Assembly: GCA_038087875.1 (NCBI GenBank)
Contig: CM075988.1
Location: forward strand, 6,014,001 to 6,078,000
Reading direction: 5' to 3'
DNA length: 64,000 bases
From: Malacoraja senta
Taxonomy: Eukaryota
Numbering within the stretch: the first letter of the stretch is position 1; each line of letters opens with the position of its first letter. Under the pieces are notes generated by a model that made no database searches, was not told the origin of the DNA, and was given only the letters and a program-made list of their open reading frames with translations. The position numbers and the translations under genes were made by a program. This document shows, piece after piece, positions 52,200-63,729 of this stretch.

Positions 52200-52615
52200 G
52201 GTACACAAAAATGCTGGAGAAACTCAGCGGGTGCAGCAGCATCTATGGAGCGAAGGAAATAGGCAACGTTTCGGGCCGAAACCCTTCTTCAGACTGATAG
52301 GGGGTGGGGAGAAGAAAGGAAAAAAGGAAAAAAGGCGGAGGAGGAGCCGGAGGGCTGGGGGAGGGGAGGAGACAACCAGAGGGCTGATGAAGGGGAGGGG
52401 ACAGCAAGGGCTAGTAGAATTGGGAGAATTCAATGTTCAAGCCCCCAGGATGTAGACTGCCCAAGCGGAATATGAGGTGCATTTCCTCCAATTTCCGGTG
52501 TTGCTCGCTGTGGCCATGGAGGAGACCCAGGACAGAGAGGTCAGATACGGAATGGGAGGGGGAGTTGAAGTGCTGAGCCACCGGGAGGTCAGGTTGGTTA
52601 TTGCAGACCGCAATA
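52200..52615 (-). mobile_element. Penelope-like 3' end with the best-preserved hammerhead-like core
   Basis: QPDLPVAQHFNS...GLNIEFSQF. Minus strand 52296-52261 reads CAGTCTGAAGAAGGGTTTCGGCCCGAAACGTTGCCT. Confidence 0.85.
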
Positions 52616-53792
52616 ACCAAGATCCTCAGGGGGGGATCTGCAGGGCTGGAGGGCAGCAATGTTTGGCTTGTAATAAATACACTTTGGGTTCTGGACACCA
52701 AGTGTAGTTTGTGAATTATTTAGCCCTCGAATACAACAGTGAACATGGACAAACTCGGATTGTTTTCTCTGGAGCGTCAGAGTCTGAGGGGAGACCTGAT
52801 CGAAGTATATCAAATGATGAGAGGCATAAATTAGGTAGACAGTCAGAATCTATTTCCCAGGATGGAAAAGTCAAAGGCTAAAGGGCATAGTTTTAAAGTG
52901 TGAGGGGCAAAAGTTAAAGGAGAGGTGCAGAGCAGGGGGGTTTTAACAGAGAGGGTGGCGAGTGTCTAGATCACACTGCTAGGGACGGTGGCAGAGGCAG
53001 ATGCGATAATGGCATTTAAGAGGTTTTTAGACAGGCTCATGGACATGCTGGCAATGGAGGGAGATGCAACACCTGCAGGCAGAGGATGTTAGTTTAACGA
53101 CGTCATGTTCGGTGTGGATATTGTCGGACATTGTGGTTTCTGTGCTGTTCGGTCTGAAGAAGGTTCCCGAAACATCACCCATCCAAGTTCTCCAGAGAAG
53201 CTGCCTGACCCGCTGAGTTACTCCAGCACATCGTATCCTTTTGTGTAAAGCAGCATCTGCGGTTCCTTGTTTCTGCTGTACTGTTTTGTGTCCTATGTTT
53301 TATTTCTTTTGGACTTTCTTCATCATTCATTTTGCGAGGTGTTTTCTGGAATTCCCTTATCATGTGTCTACACTGTGCATGGCTCGATTATAATCATATA
53401 TTGTCTTTGCGGTGGCTGGCGAGCACGCAACAAAAGATGCACAGAGTCTCTTGCCCAGAGTAGGTGAGTCGAGGACCAGAGGACATAAGTTTAAGGTGAA
53501 GGCGAAAAGATTTAATCGGAATCTGAGGGATAACGTTTTCACACAAAGGGTGGTGGGTGGATGGACAAGCTGCCAGATGAGGTCGTTGAGGCTGAGACTA
53601 TCCTAACGTTTAAGAAACAGTTAGACAGGTACATGGCTAGGACAGGTTTGGAGGGATATAGACCAAATGCTGGCTGGTGGGACTAGTGTAGCTGGGACAT
53701 GTTGGCCGGTGTTGGCAAGTTGGGCTGAAGGGCCTGTTTCCTCACTGTATCACTCTAAGACTCCATGAAAAGCTTTGCACTGTACCTTGCTA

Positions 53793-54856
53793 CCATTCCT
53801 TCTTTCCAGAGATGTTGCCTGACCTGCCGAGTTAATCCAGTATTTTGGGACAATCTTTTTGAACTTTGATCACCCTGCTCTAGAAACTGTCGTTAAGCTT
53901 GGGAGTAAACTGAACTGAATGTGTTTTTCTTGATGGCTCTGCATGCTGTGCTACTGCAAATGATTGTCCCTCTGCCCCTCACAGAGTATCCTACGCCGCC
54001 AAATGTCACCATCAGCAAGCTGTTGTACGGCCGCCAGCGGACGGAGGTGGTCCTGGAGTGGATAACCAGAGGGGTTGGCGATTTAACCGGCTTCATGGTG
54101 CAGAGGAGGCCAGCAAGGAGGTCCCTCGCTGGTCGGGCCATAGGCAACTTGAAGGAGTCCATCGTCGAACCACACATTCCCTGGCAGGTTGTCGCCAATG
54201 CCATTGACCCTGCGGTCAGGGGTCACAAACTGGGCGGGATGGACCCTCGCGTCCTATACGCTTTCCGCATCTTGGCCGTCAATCACAGGACCACAGGGTA
54301 TCCTTCAGAAGTGAAAACTCCAGGTAGGCCATCAAATTGTTTGGGAGTTTTAAAAATAATTTCACAAGAGCAGCTAATCTCTGTCTCAGTTTGTGATTTC
54401 AAGATGACGCTGGTGTTCGTAACGTAAGATACATTTATTGTCCATTTCCAGATACAATCTTTTTGGTTGCAATCCAGCAGTATAAATATTGATTTCTCTA
54501 ACTTCAAGTATCCCTTGCTTTCCCTCTCTCTGTGTCCCTTTCTCACCCCAGTTCTCCGACTGGTTTCACTGTCTTTCTGATTAATTTTACTGATTGTATG
54601 CCTCCCTGTCACCTTCCCCTCAGCCAACAATGGACCATTCTACTTTTCCTGGGCATTGTCTACTTTGATGTGTCATTTTCACACCTTGCCCTTCCATATC
54701 TCCAGACTCCCTCCCCCCTGACGATTGGTCTCGACCTGAAACGTCACCCATTCCTTCTTTCCAGAGATGTTGCCTCACCTGCCGAGTTACTCCAGTATTT
54801 TGGGATAATCTTTTTGAACTTTGATCAACCTGTTCTCAAAACTTGCCTTTAAGCTT
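53793..54856 (+). repeat. Direct repeat of about 105 bp flanking exon 8
   Basis: 53793-53900 and 54748-54856 share CCATTCCTTCTTTCCAGAGATGTTGCCT...AATCTTTTTGAACTTTGATCA...TTAAGCTT. Confidence 0.85.
53985..54323 (+). CDS. VSIG10L2: VSIG10L2-like exon 8, fibronectin type III domain
   Basis: cctcacag|AGTATCCT to CCAG|GTAGGC. Peptide YPTPPNVTI...VVLEW...TGFMVQ...YAFRILAVN...GYPS fits FN3. Six Ig plus FN3 matches the VSIG10L2 architecture as I recall it. Confidence 0.85.
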
Positions 54857-54859
54857 TAA

Positions 54860-55640
54860 GAGTGCAGAGAAGATTTACAAGAATATTGCCAGGATTCGAG
54901 ATCTTGGGTATAGGGACAAGTTGATGCAAAGGGACTTGGGAGTGCTGGTGCAAGATTCTCAAAATGTTAATTTGTAAGTTGAATAAGTAGTAAGGAAGTC
55001 AAATGCAATGCTAGCATTTATTTTGAAAGGACTAGAATTTAAAAACAGGGATGTTAAGCTACGGCTTTATAAGGCATTGGTAGGACTGCATTTGAAGTAT
55101 TGTGAGCAGTTTTGGGCCCCACATCTGATGAAGGATGTGCTGACATTGGAGAGGGTCCAGAGGAGGTTTACGAGAATGATCCTGGGGATGATTGGGTGAA
55201 TGTATGATGAGCGTTTGACGGCACTGGGCGTGTACTCACTGGAGTTTAGAACGATGAGGGTACTCTCAGTGAAACTCATTGAAACTCACCGAATAATGAA
55301 AGGCCTGGATAGAGTGAATGTGGAGAGAATGTTTCCACTAGTGGGCGAGTCTAGGACCAGAGGCACATCCTCAGAATAAAAAGACTTACATTTAGAAAGG
55401 AGATGAGGAGGAATTTCTTTAGTCAGAGGGTGGTCAATCTGTGGAATTGATTGCCACAGGCGGTTGTGGAGGCCAAGGCATTGGGTATTTTTAATGTCGA
55501 CATTGACAGATTCTCGATTAGTAAGGGTGTCAAAGGCTATGTGAGGAGCACGGGGTTGAGAGGGACAGATAGATCAGCCATGATTGAATGGCGGAGTAGA
55601 CTTGATGTGCCAAGTGCCATAATTCTGTTCCTATGACATT
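54860..55640 (+). mobile_element. Decayed CR1 3' fragment
   Basis: MLAFILKGLEFKNRDVKLRLYKALV...LERVQRRFTRMI. Confidence 0.8.
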
Positions 55641-57784
55641 CGAACTTATGAAGCTGTGTTGACTAGATCTTTATTCCTTGGAGTGCACATAATCCTTTTC
55701 TGAGCTGACAGAGAAAGTGATTAACGCTGGTACAATAACAACATTTAAAAGAATATTGGATGAGAACATGGATCGAAAAGATTTAGTAGGATATACAGGT
55801 AAATGGGACATCTTGGCTGGCATGAATGAGTTGGGCCAAAATACCTGTTTGTGTGCTGCACCAGTCTATTGACTATTGATTCTTTGACTATTGGCTCACA
55901 GTTAACTAGGTAGCCCTTACTAGCTTGTCCACATCACAACTGCACTCCCACACTGATCACTGAACCAGCTACCTTTGAGGTGATCCAAAACTCAGGATGT
56001 TAGGATGGTGGAAAACTGGTCCTTCCTCATATAGATCTTGTGGCTTTAATGTGTTAAAACATGCAGTAAAATAGCACACTGTGAAGGGTCAAGATTAGTT
56101 TCCTGCAAGTTCATAGGAAAGATTGTTTTCATTCACATGATGTGAAATATCTTGCAAGATCTACTGAAGGGTTACAAGCTAAAGGCTAAATATGGAAAGA
56201 TTTAATAGGAGCCCGAGGGGCACCTTTGTTACGCAAAGGGTGGTAGATATATGGAACAAGCTGGTGGAGGAGGATATGTTTAGAGGTATTTGGGCCAAAT
56301 GCAGCCAGGTGCGACTAGTGTAGACGGGGCATGTTGGTCGACGTGGGCAGGATGGGTTGAAGGGCCTGTTTCCACACCGTATGATTCTATGACTCAATAG
56401 ACAATAGACAATAGGTGCAGGAGTAGGCCATTCGGCCCTTTGAGCCAGCACCACCACTCAATGTGATCATGGCTGATCATCCCCAATCAGTACCCCGTTC
56501 CTGCCTTCTCCCAAATCTTCTCTGACTCGATGATTCATGCAAATGGTCTCACAATAAGGCAGATTTACTCTTAAGTTTCTGGTGGGCAGTGGGAGCAGAC
56601 ACTCCATGTCTCTGACTGACCAGAGAACAATGTGTAGTTGGAGATGGGCTCCCAAGACAAGGGCTGTAGCATCATATGCCCCATCCCAGCCCAACACTCT
56701 TCTGCATTGACAGAGAATGAAGGACATGGCTGTTGGATTAAAGACACCACAATCATTTGAGATGCTTCATGACTAAGAACAAGCCTTTTAGCTTCTGGAG
56801 CAGACCACCATGCTCCAGTGAAGTCTTGCTCCTGAATTCAAAGTTGTCACCATTTCTAAACCACCTCTGCACCACAACATCACATCAGCATGATCTTGCT
56901 GATTGACATCACTATATGTCCCCAGTCTCTGTGTGTAAGGGAAGAGAGTTACTGCTAATGTTTGATGATCAGTTTACAGGTTAAAAGGGAATCACATAAC
57001 ACATAAAACATTGGGCTATGTGATAGTGCTTCCATCCTATCGTATACTTGCATCTGCACAAAAGATAAGGTTCGGAGCCAGCTCTTTAGTTGTCCTGCCG
57101 AGAATCTGCCAGATAGGGTTAGTGCAGGAGATTGCAACATTGGCTTTGTGAGCAGTTGTTCAGAGAAGGAGCCTCTCAGGGTGGAGAGCTATGATGGTGG
57201 GGGGAAGGTAGTCGATCAAGAAATCCAATGATGGCCTGAAATGTACATTAACTAGGTCATTATTGGATCTACACCCATGCAGATACATGGACAATATTTA
57301 ATCACATTCTAGGCTTGGAGATAGTGGGAGAATGAGCAAAGCAATAAACTCATCGCCTCTGGCCTGCACTTTTAGCCACAGTATTAATGTGATATGCCAG
57401 TTGAGTAACAGGTTACGATGACCCCAGGGATGCTGACAGTGGGAAACTCAATGGAAATGCCATTGGAAGGACAAATGCAAGAGGAAAGTATATGGAGAAC
57501 ATCGGGACCCTTAAGAGCATCGATGTGTAAAGGGAACTTGGGTACACATCCATTGCTCCCTAAAAGTAGCAACAGAAGTGGAAAGGGTGGTAAAGAAGGC
57601 ATTCGCCATGCTGGCCTTCATCAGTCGGAGCACAGAGTCCACAGTCTGACGTGTTACAGGTGTATAAACCTTTGGTTAGGCCACCTGTGGTATATTGTGT
57701 GCAGCTCAGGTCACTGCATTACAGGAAAGATGTGTAGCTTTTGGAGATAGTGCAGAAGAGGTTTAACTGGATCGGAGTGAATTA

Positions 57785-58934
57785 TGGGCCTTTCCCACAT
57801 GTGATTTTTTTCGACACCCGTCATAGTCACAGCAGGTCTCCGAAAATGTTCAACATGTTGAAAATCCAGTGACGACCAGAACAAGGTACGACTCTTTGGG
57901 CGACTACTCATGACCATACAGGCTTCACCTCACGACATGTCGCCAGTGTGTCGCCTGCTTGGTGGGCAGCGCGACTCTCGTTTGCAGCGGCCTCTGCAGT
58001 CCGTCTGTCTTTTTATTATTTTTGTCTCGTTTTTATGTAGTTATTTATTTATTTTTTTGTCGGGGTATGTGTGTGGGGGGGTGGGGGGGGGGGAACTTTA
58101 AAATCTTTCCCCTGCACGGGAGACCCGACCTTTTCTTTGTCGGGTCTCCGTTGTCGTTGGGGCTGGGCAACGTGGAGCGGCCTCCAGCAGGAACGACCTG
58201 GGGCTCCAGTTGCGGAGCTGCGGACGACTCACCGTCGCGGGGCTGGCCGAGTCCGGAGCGGGTGAAGCTGTGGTGGACACAATCGCTGCTGCTACCCGAC
58301 CCCCGGAGATTCGGAGGCTACAACCGCGGGTCTGCCGGACGGCAACACCGGAAGCTTTTCGGGGTTTCCGCAGCGGCGACTTCTCCCTCCCGAGTTGCGG
58401 GGTTGAAGAGCACCTGGAGCGGGGCTTTACATCGTCGCCCCGCGCGGCTTGGAATGGCCGCCGGACTTTGCGAGCGCACGCCGGGGCTCTAACACCAAGA
58501 CCCGGTGCGCGACCTTGCATTAACCGGCGTGGCTTTAATGGCCGCGGGATAATCACCATCGCCCGCCGGGGGCTTTGATTTTGACTCTGACATCGGGGGG
58601 GGGGGGGGGTTGCAGTGGAGAGATACATTTTTTGCCTTCCATCACAGCGCTGTGATGGATGTATGAGTAAATTGTGTTGTGTCTCGGGTCTTCTTCGTTT
58701 TGTAATGTATGGCTGCAGAAACGACATTTCGTTTGGACCTCAACGGGGTCCAAATGACAAATAAATTGTATTGTATTGTATTGTATTGTATGGTCGTGAG
58801 TAGTCTCCTCAGTCACCCAAAGAGTCGTAGCGTCTTTCTGGTCGCTGCTGAATTTTCAACATGTTGGAAATTTTCGGCGACCTATGACGGGTGCCGGCAA
58901 TCGCCGAAAAAGTCGCGTAAGTAGGACAGGCCCA
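57785..58934. mobile_element. PIF/Harbinger-type MITE split by retroposon copy B
   Basis: TTA TSD at both ends; same family as 61191-61530. Confidence 0.8.
57958..58788 (+). mobile_element. GC-rich non-coding retroposon, copy B (Rex1-type tail), nested in a MITE
   Basis: Same layout as copy A; ends TGACAAATAAA(TTGTA)n. It splits the MITE at CCTG|TATGG when compared with the intact copy at 61191. Confidence 0.75.
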
Positions 58935-58969
58935 TTAACTTGGTTAAGGAGAGGTCAGGAAAACTTGGA

Positions 58970-60100
58970 GGTACACAAAAATGCTGGAGAAACTCAGCGG
59001 GTGCTGCAGCATCTATGGAGCGAAGGAAATAGGCAAAGTTTCGGGTCGAAACCCTTCTTCAGACTGATGGGGGGTGGGGGGAGGCGGGGGGTAGAAAGGA
59101 AAAAGGAGGAGGAGGAGGAGCCCGAGGGCGGAGGGAGAGCTAGGAAGAGGAGGAGACAGCAAGGGCTAACAGAATTGTGAGAATTCAATGTTCATGCCAG
59201 CAGGATGCAGACTCCCCAAAGTGCTGTTTGCTTGGACTCCCCATATGAGGTGCTGTTCCTCCAATTTCCGGTATTGCTCACTCTGGCCGTGGAGGAGGCC
59301 CAGGACAGAGAGGTCGGCTATGGAATGGGAGGGGGAGTTGAAGTGCTGAGCCACCGGGAGGTCAGGTTGGTTAATGCGGACCGAGCGGAGGTGTTCGGCG
59401 AAACGATCGCCAAGCCTATGTTTGGTCTCACCGATGTAGATCAGCTGGCATCTAGAGCAGCGGATGCAATAGATGAGGTTGGAGGAGATGCAGGTGAACC
59501 TCTGTCGCACCTGGAACGACTGCTTGGGTCCTTGAATGGAGTCGAGGGGGGAGGTGAAGGGACAAATGTTGCATCTCTTGCGGTTGCAAGGGAAAGTGCC
59601 CGGGGAGGGAGTGGTGCGGGAGGGAAGGGAAGAATTGACAAGGGAGTTACAGAGGGAGGGGTCTTTGCGGAAGGCAGACAGGGGGGGAGATGGGAAGATG
59701 TGGCGAGTGGTGGGGTCACATTGGAGGTGGCGAAACTGACGGAGGGCTATTTGTTGTATGTGACGGCTAGTGGGGTGAAAGGTGAGGACCAGGGGTACTC
59801 TACCCTTGTTGCGAGTGGGGGGATGGGGAGAGAGAGCAGTGTTACGGGGTATGGAAGAGACCCTGGTGTGAGCCTCATCTATAGTAGGGGAGGGGATCCC
59901 CCGTTCCCTGAAGAATGAGGACATTTCTGATGCCCTGGTGTGGAACACCTCATCCTGGGTGCAGATGCGTGTAGACGGAGGAATTGGGAGTAGGGGATGG
60001 AGTCCTTACAGGAAGCAGGGTGGGAAGAAGAGTAGTCTAGATAGCCGTGGGAGTCAGTGGGTTTATAGTGGATGTCCGTTAGATGTCTATCACCCACGAT
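58970..60100 (-). mobile_element. Penelope-like element, 5'-truncated: RT C-terminus plus GIY-YIG endonuclease and terminal repeat
   Basis: ORF 59166-59948 has CNRKRCNIC and NLIYCIRC..C..IYIGET...RFAEH. TSD GGAAAACTTGGA at 58958-58969 and 60101-60112. Confidence 0.92.
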
Positions 60101-61190
60101 GGAAAACTTGGATTGTTTTCTCGAGAGTGTCGGAGACTGAGGGGCGACTTGATGGAGGTATATACAATTATGAGAGGCACAGACAGGGTAGATTGTCAAC
60201 GTCTTTTTCCCAGATTAGAAATGTCAAAGCCTGGAGGGTATAGTTATAATCTGAGAGAGGGAAAGTTTGAAGGCAAAGTTTTTTATACCGACAGAAGTAG
60301 GTGGTTGGAACCCACTGTTCGGGAGGTGGTGGAAGCAGGTGAGTGAGCACTGCTTAATGGGGCATTTAGACAGGCACATATGCCAGCAGGGTATGGACGG
60401 GATTCCAGATCACACGTAGCCAGAGGGGATTTGTTTAATTTGGCATCGTGGTCAGGACAGACATAGTGGGACAAAGGGCCTGATCCTGTGCTGTACTGTT
60501 CTATGTTCTACAAATGCTTGTGTTCATTCAGAGGGTGGTGGGTATATGGAACAAGCTGCCAGAGAAGTAGTTGGGGCAGGTACTGTAACAACATTTAAAA
60601 GACATTTGGACATGTTCATGGATCGTAAAGCTTTAGAGGGATATGGGCCAATTGCGGACCGAGCGGAGGTAGATGGGGCATCTTGGCTGGCATGGGCAAG
60701 TTGGGTTGAAAGGTCTGTTTCCGTGCTGTATGTCTATGACTAAATGACAAAGAAATTTGTTAGACACTAATTTTGAAGATGGCTACTGCTTAGCAGTTGT
60801 ATGACAGAAATTATACTCGACCTGTCCATAAATGTTGTCCAGGACGTGCTGCTTGGGAAGAGACTGGGAATATTGCTCCTTGACTAATCATGTCGCCATC
60901 CCCTCCTCTGGTCCTACATTGGAATGAAGGACATTGGTAAACTTGATGAAGCTGGTGAATGTGAAGAAGCCATCTAGCATCATTTTAAGGAAGCACCTTG
61001 ATCATGTGCATCAGGCGTTTCCTACTCAGAAGATGTTGACAAAATGGAGGTTGTCCACAATGAAGTTTGATGAGGAGCTCAGAGGTAACTCAGTCAGAAA
61101 CCACGGAACATGACAATGAGTAAAGTACTGAAAGAAATGACAACCAAAAAGGTGTCAAAAGTAGTTGAATTACTTTATGGTTGACTTTAA

Positions 61191-61530
61191 TGGGCCTGTC
61201 CCACTTACGCGACTTATTCGGTGACTGCCGGCACCCGTCATAGGTCATTGCAGGTCGCCGAAAATGTTCAACATGTTGAAAATCCAGCGGCGACCAGAAC
61301 AAGGTAAGATTCTTTGGGCGATTACTCATGACCATACAGGCTTCATCCCGTGTCATATCGCTGGGGTGTCCCCTGTATGGTCGTGAGTAGTCTCTTCAGT
61401 TGCCCAAAGAGTCGTAGCGTCTTTCTGGTCGCCGCTGGACTTTCAACATGTTGAAAAATTTCGGCGACCTGCGACGACCTATAACGGGGCCGGCAGTCGC
61501 CGAAAAAGTCGCGTAAGTGGGACAGGCCCA
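61191..61530. mobile_element. PIF/Harbinger-type MITE, intact
   Basis: TAA-TGGGCCTGTCCCACTTACGCGACTT...AAGTCGCGTAAGTGGGACAGGCCCA-TAA. Confidence 0.88.
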
Positions 61531-62199
61531 TAAGTATAATTTCGCTTGAAAGTCTGCTGATGAGACAATGTTATTCAAACCAATGAAGGAGAAAGATGTG
61601 CAGAGAGGCTTGGAAAAAGAGAGATTTTGGGTCCGAAGAAATCCCATCCACAGATGCTGCCTAACCCATTGAGTTCTATCAGTTTGTGTTTTGCTTAAGA
61701 TTCCAGCTTCGACTGTTTCTTGTGTCTCTAGATTTTAGATGGTGATGGTTATGGGAGATATTAGATAGAATAGGTAGAATCCCACCAGGTAGCAATAATA
61801 TATACATGGTGCAAGGGTAGGTCTGGATTTCTAGATGGTACACTGGGACTTGCTTGTGGAGGGTGGAGCAAACTGAGGCAAACCTCACCAAACAAGTGGA
61901 AGCAATAGGAGGAAGGTTGACTAATAAGGAGGAGAAAACAACAGTGAAGTTGCTGGTGTATCTGAGGCTTCACTGGACCAATGCAATGACCAGTGAGATT
62001 TATTATAGAGATTCTCAAAGTCTTTAAGAATCATTGCAATGGGCCAAGTAATTCCAGTTTATGCGATCCTGTGCAAAAACCTCTGCATTCACTTGACAGA
62101 ACCGAAGTTGCTGACTGCAAATCATAACTTCCGAGATCTGAGGGACTGGATGGTCCGCGATTGGATTGTGTGCAGAATTGAACAACGTACAAGATTGGG

Positions 62200-62650
62200 G
62201 AGAGGTCACGGATCATCGTGATGGCAAGGAGTCACCGTAGAGCTGAGAGGCTTGACATGAAGTTGTTATATGTGCAGATCTACATTGGGAAAGAAATGCC
62301 TGAACATAAGATGCCACATCAGTCTTGGGCATGATAGCAATGGATCTCATCACAGCCAAGACCAATACCTATTGACAAGTGGCTATTTATCCAGCATCCT
62401 GGAAATAGTTTACATCAATAGAACTAGATCATCAACTATTATTCATAAGTTGACAGCACCTTTGGCCAGACATGATATTGCGATGGGAAAACACACATTG
62501 CTTTGGATGAGTTTCCAGTTTTCAGCGACGTGGGAATTCACTCATGCATCATGGTCACCACACTGGCCACAGTCCAATGGAATGAAAGAGGATATTTTAA
62601 AGGCAATCAACTGCTACCGAGAAAAGCAAATAATGAAACATGGTGCCGGC
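62200..62650 (+). pseudogene. Highly decayed Gypsy-type integrase remnant
   Basis: FQFSATWEFTHASWSPHWPQSNG resembles the integrase motif F...W.F.H.TSSP.YPQSNG. Confidence 0.55.
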
Positions 62651-63729
62651 TAAGACTCGTGGAACACGGACATACACCGATGCCAGAGTTCAGTCAAAGC
62701 CAAGTTTAGGGACTGATGAACTGTCAAAGAGAGCAACAGCCACAGGTGGGGAAACCTAACACTCCAAATGGAATAAGCAGATGGAGGAAAAGAGAGAAGG
62801 AAAGTAAACGTCCGACTACAACATGATAGCGAAGAAACTCCCACCACTCGAAATTCGACCATGATACCAACCAGGAAGAAGCAGGGAAGCTGGAGTCGTT
62901 GGGCACCTGTCACCATATCGACCCTGAAACCTGTGCACTGAGGATTGAGACAGGCGTGACAGACATAGAAATATACATAAGAAGACTGTGGAAGAGGAGC
63001 AGGAGACCAAAGCCAATAATGAACTCATGATGGGGTGGAAGATTGCAACCTTCACGTGGTTCACCCTGTTTCGACGAATGCAATCAACCCGGCGTGCACA
63101 ATCAAATAAGATCAAATAGAACAAGTTGTCCCACAACTTTAGGCTGTGCACACCATACGCAAGAAGAAGAAGAAGAAGAAGAAGAACTCAAGATGATGCA
63201 CCTCAACTCTTGTTCAACTGGGACACAATGACTAGCAACCAAATCATGGCTCTCTGAGTGCTATTACAACCAAATCATGGCTCTCTGAGTGCTATCTCTG
63301 AGAGCTATTAGAAACCAAAGCATCTTGTGAGCTTTGTGCTAAACCTGTGTATGTGTTGATTGAAAGTTTGCATTGAAAATTTATGTTGGCGGCTCGTCAG
63401 ATTATGTTAAGAAATAGCTTACATTTTCTGGAAGCTAATGCATATGAATTTATTTGTGTTTATTGGAACACTAGGAGTGTGGACTTACCATTTTATTGAA
63501 TGTTGAAATCAGCACAAACTGAAACAACTGTACAAGGAAAGATGGAGAAGATGTCCTGCCCTCCAGTGCCAACTGACAGTAATACAATTTAAGCATCCAG
63601 CATCCAGGGCTGGAGTTGTTGGCAAGATGGCGGATGACCACACTGCAGGCTTGTGAGTAGCCCAGAAATAATTTCATATTTTGACACCAAGAATATGATA
63701 AGGAATACATTATTTAACAAACTATCAAC

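Noticed and set aside
57959..58727. Long GC-rich ORFs (177 and 209 aa) and a CpG-island-like promoter
   Set aside because: They lie within retroposon copy B. They are open only because of GC content and are not conserved in copies A or C.
59205..59918. 237-aa plus-strand ORF
   Set aside because: Antisense shadow of the Penelope ORF.
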